A DNA stretch of 64,000 nt from Mantamonas sphyraenae STR306 (Eukaryota; Protista; CRuMs), in NCBI GenBank assembly GCA_026936335.1, contig JAPMXV010000073.1, positions 124,001 through 188,000 of the forward strand, written 5' to 3'. Below are positions 59,921-64,000 of this stretch, piece by piece (position 1 is the stretch's first letter; each line of letters starts with the position of its first letter). Position numbers and translations under genes: made by a program. Under the pieces are notes generated by a model. That model was given only the letters and a program-made list of their open reading frames with translations. It did not search any database and was not told where the DNA came from.

Positions 59921-60095
59921 GCAGTTTTGGGTGGAATGAAGACTGCAATGGAACGATGATGATGACCCACCTCACACACACAATCAATCATTCCCTTTCT
60001 CTTCCCCATCCATGTCTTCCATAACCTCCCCCCCCGATCCCGCCCCCTTCCCAACCACCTCAACCAACACCAAACACCCCATCCGACACCCACCC

Positions 60096-61629
60096 ATGTC
60101 CAACACGTTTGAAACCAAGGCACAGAAGGAGACTTCGGGACTCAAGAGCCACGCCGGCTTGTCTGCCGTCCCTGCGTCGGGCGTCGACGTCAACTCGACC
60201 ATCAAGAGCTACCTGGCCGTCCACGACGATTCCAAGGGCGACAAGAGCGAGGAGCGCAAGACCACGTCCCTGGACATGGTCAACGCCTACTACGATCTGG
60301 TCACCGAGTTTTACATCCACGGGTAAGTTGTGACACAAGCCAGCGGTGTGGGAAAGGGCGCACGGCGTGGTTTTTTTGTGTGTGGTTGGCCAGGTTGGGT
60401 CCAGGAACGAACGGCCGAAAAAAAACGCAACCGGTGGAGTGTTGCCCACGGGCTGACACAGAGGATGGTGGGGATGATGGGACACATGGACAAACATGCA
60501 GATGGGGCGAGGGATTCCACTTTGCATCCCGTGCTGTGGGAGAGACGTTCCTGGAGTCGATCAAGCGCCATGAGTACTGGCTTGGGCACATGCTTCAGGC
60601 GCAGCCGGGCGACAAGATTGTGGACCTTGGGTGCGGCATTGGCGGACCCATGCGCAACGTGTCTCGGTAAGTGTGGGAGTGGGAAGGGTGTGGAGAGGAG
60701 GATGGCGTGGATGGGGGGTGGTTATGGATGGGCGATGGGCGGGGGCGAGAGGCGAGGAAAAGTCGAGGGACATACACGCCGGAAAGGGTGGTTGGGAGGC
60801 TGACGCGGGCGGGACACACACACACAGCTTTCTGAACCACGGTGTGACGAAGGAGGAGGACCTTGTGCACATTGTGGGTGCCAACAACAACGCGCACCAG
60901 GTGAGTGGAGAGGGTGAGGGTGGGAAACGCGTGGGCGAACTGGCTTTTCGTGAACTTTCCCGTTTCGGGTGGACCTGGAAAGGACGCTGACGGCGAATGG
61001 GGACACAGATTGCCAAGGGCAAGCAGTACAACATCGACGCAGGACTGGACCACTGCTGCAGCTTCCTGAAGTGCAGCTTCATGGACATGCCTGTGGAGGA
61101 CGGAGAGTTTGACCGTGCGTTTGCAGTGGAGGCAACGTGCCATGCACCGGACAAGAACGAGCTGTACGCAGAGATCTTCCGTGTGCTGAAGCCCGGAGGC
61201 ACGTTCTTCAGCTACGAGTGGTGCTTGACGCCGCGATACGACCCGCAGAACCGTGAGCACCAGGAGATCAAGAAGGGGATCGAGGTGGGAGATGGTCTGC
61301 CGGACATGGACACGATGGAGTACACGATCGAGTGCCTGGAAAAGGCCGGGTTTGAGATTGTGTTTGAGCGTGACGTGGCTCTGGACAGCCCCGTGCCCTG
61401 GTACGAGTCGCTGTCGCCGTCGTTCACTCTGGAGGGCTTCCGTCGCACATGGGCAGGTCGCATGACGACGCGTGTGGCTGTGAGCATCCTGGAGGCACTG
61501 TGGCTGGCACCCAAGGGCACGACAGAGACGAGTGACATGCTGAACGCAGCAGCCGACGCTCTGGTGGCAGGTGGTGAGACGGGCATCTTTACGCCCATGT
61601 ACGCCATTCTGGTGCGCAAGCCCGAGTAA
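60096..61629 (+). CDS. SMT1: Sterol C24-methyltransferase (SMT/ERG6 family); exons 60096-60322, 60502-60666, 60828-60900, 61009-61629
   Basis: VNAYYDLVTEFYIHG|WGEGFHFA, SAM motif IVDLGCGIGGPMR, AVEATCHAPD, RVLKPGG..YEW, IEVGDGLP, LVAGGETGIFTPMY. Three in-frame GT-AG introns. Confidence 0.92.
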
Positions 61630-61886
61630 GGAGGGAGTGAGGGGATGGGAATGGGAGTGGGAGATGGTATGCTGCATATGACGGCAGAAGCTCGCTCGCT
61701 ACCGGACTCTCGCCCAAAGCAAGGATCCGCCCCAGTGCTGGTGTTGGCAACACAGCAAGAGACAGAGAGAGAGGAGTGGAGAGGAGAGGAGATGTTGCAA
61801 AGTGGGACCAGCAATGGAGGCGTTGATCATCCTCACTTTCCCCTCAAAGGCACCCTCCACTCCTTCCTGTCACAGCACAGCGCAAC

Positions 61887-63824
61887 TCAGATTTCCATTT
61901 CATCGTTCTCCTCCCCTTCTTGCTCGAGCACAATCACCCCATTGTCGTCTGTTGTGACGCCACGATCGTCATGCAAGGGAGGCAACACACCCTCTGTGCT
62001 GCCTGCCTCAGAGCGTCGTGGTGACCTGCTGGAGCCGAAAAACTCGCGTTGTCGCCTGCGCTTCTCCTTGTTCTCTTGTTCTTCCTGTGCGTGCACACGT
62101 TCGACGACGTCCTGGAAAAACTGCATGCAGAACATACAAATGTTGACTGGTTCGTACATGCGCGAGGGAATGCGAAAGAGGGCCTTCTCGTCGACGCCCC
62201 ACTCGCGCCGTTTCTTCTTGGCCACGGTGACCCAAGGCAACTGCATCTTCATCCAATCGTTGCGAAAGGATTGGTCGCACACCTCGCAGCGTGTGGTGGT
62301 GCCTCGCTTGCTGATGACAGGCTTGGGAGGCGATGTGGTTTGTGCAAACTTGTCGGGACTTGCCTTGTGCACCACATCCACAGAGAGGTCGTTGCGATGT
62401 TGCATGTCCCTCACCAGCTCCTCCAATTCCGACTTCATCAGCATTTCCTGCCGTGCAAATTCCCTCTGCATCGCCGCACGCTCTTCCTTCTCTGCGTTCA
62501 GTTGCGCCACGCGTGCTTCGTACTCTGCAATGCTGGCTTCCAAACGTGCCTTTTCCGCCTCCTCCTTCGCCTGCAGGTTGCGCACCGCCTGCGCATGTCG
62601 TCCCTCTCGCTTTCTGCTCAATTCTGCCAGGCGTGCGCGCTGCCGTTCCATCTCTGCCGCCGCCTTTTCTCGTCGGTCGTCCTCCTGCACCCGCTTCGCT
62701 TCCAATTCGGCCGCCTGTTCCTCGCGCAGCTTCTGCAATCGATCACGCAGCTCCTGCGACCGCTCCTCCGCCTGTCTGCGGCTCTGTTCGATCTTGCGCT
62801 GCTTTTTTGCCGCCAGCCGGTCGATGCGCTTTCGTGTGTTGGCTGCCTCCTTGGCTGCCTTGCGCTCCTGTGCCCGTTGTCGCTTCTGAAACTCCCGTTG
62901 CGACTCTTTGAACTTTTGGTGGGTCTTTTGGTTGCGCTTGTGAAACTTGTTGGCCACCCGCTCTCGTTGCGCCTCCGCTGCCGCCGCACGTGCTTCGTAC
63001 TTGCGTTTGATTTCCTGTTCACGTTCCCTCTGTGCGGCCGCTTTGGCCCTCCGTCGCTCCTGTGCCTCTTCCTGCCGCAACGACTCTCGGTACGCCGCCT
63101 CGTCCGCCTCCAACGCCAGGATGCGCTTCCGTTGCCGTTCTCGCGCCTCCTCCTCACGCACACGTTTACGGTGTTCCTCGTTGTCCATCAACCCAAGCTT
63201 CTTTTCCTTCGACACACTGTGGTGCGGCGCCACGTGGTCATTGGGTGTCGCGTGCGCGGTGTGTGCGGTGCATCAGTGCAAACACGGTGTCAGTTGTAAC
63301 GGCTCTCCCTCTTTGCACCCCTCCGTCTCGCCACACACTCACCGTGCACGCTTTTCCTCTTGAATCAGCTTGATTTTCACTTTGGTGCGCACTGCAGTCG
63401 ACGAAATCGACGTCGTGGACATCCCAGAGCCTGGTGAGAGGACTTCCAAGGCACGTGATCCCACGCCCCCTGTGTTTTGTCCTCGGATGGTCACCTTGCT
63501 CCCTTCTCCTCGTTCCAATGCCTCCTCCAAATCCTTCTCTGCTTCTCGTTTGAGTCTCTCACGAAGTGCCATGGCGTTGGCTCGCTGTCTGTCGCGGCGG
63601 CGCTCGTTGGCCCGGATGGTCGTTTCCAACTTGGCCCCATTGGACAGCTGCTTTACCTGGTTGGCTTTGGCCCGTTTGATGCGCTCTACATTGCGTTTGT
63701 GCCGCCGTTGCACCTCTGCTTGCATCCGTTCCTGTCGCGACGGCGTCAATCCGGGCGAGTGCAGGATTGACACCGGGCTCTGCGTCTGTCCAGGGGTCTT
63801 TGATGATCGCACGTGACGCTGCAT
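61887..63824 (-). CDS. Coiled-coil protein with C-terminal CxxC...CxxC putative zinc site (exons ~63824-63343, 63216-61887)
   Basis: Long E/R/K/Q heptad-rich ORFs joined by a phase-2 intron; CEVCDQSF...ICMFCMQF. Start uncertain. Confidence 0.65.
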
Positions 63825-64000
63825 GTTCACGTGTCAACACCAAAACAAGAATAAGTTGCGGGAGGAGAGAAGGTGTGGGGTGGCAGCAAGTGGTGTGGTG
63901 TTGGAAGGGATCGCGCGGGTGAGGATGATTGATCAACGCCTCCATTCCTGGTCCCACTTTGCAACATCTCCTCTCCTCTCCTCTCCTTTCCTCTCTGTCT

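Larger units (their letters stand above)
42230..59921. repeat. Tandem array of eight LRR-ankyrin-tail genes with conserved intergenic spacer
   Basis: Spacer (tgctcggatgcactgggtgg..ccactggaacttg...tgtgacgtgc..gctcacacgggacgcaggaccagttggttgaccATG) and the ~410-bp 3' coding block recur with each copy; copy D keeps only the distal part of the spacer. Confidence 0.95.

Noticed and set aside
1-64000. tRNA, rRNA, transposase or reverse transcriptase genes
   Set aside because: None recognised by eye; a covariance-model or HMM scan would be needed to exclude small RNAs.

Overview
Gene-dense, intron-containing nuclear DNA from a unicellular eukaryote (GT-AG introns with CTRAC-like branch points, CA/GT microsatellites, often <100 bp between genes); the species cannot be named from sequence alone. 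Housekeeping genes: MOB1, AVL9, long-chain acyl-CoA synthetase, CDP-alcohol phosphatidyltransferase, NECAP, ASF1, EMC10, BAG6-like, a GOST/GPR107-like 7TM protein, exportin-7 and sterol C24-methyltransferase. These are interleaved with what looks like an innate-immunity-type locus. (1) Three tandem LRR-ankyrin-TKL kinase genes carry 9, 6 and 19 near-identical 84-bp LRRs that vary mainly at four surface codons. (2) Eight tandem, mosaic LRR-ankyrin genes share a homogenised C-terminus ending in an F-box/PRANC-like motif. (3) A divergent relative with the same tail sits between ~100-bp direct repeats. (4) One gene has an NLR-like CHAT(caspase-like)-STAND ATPase-SH2 architecture. The two LRR families share the same ~30-codon first exon, phase-0 intron, LRR cap and ankyrin, but end in different effector modules. 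Exon boundaries were read by eye, and domain calls come from motif recognition, not database searches.
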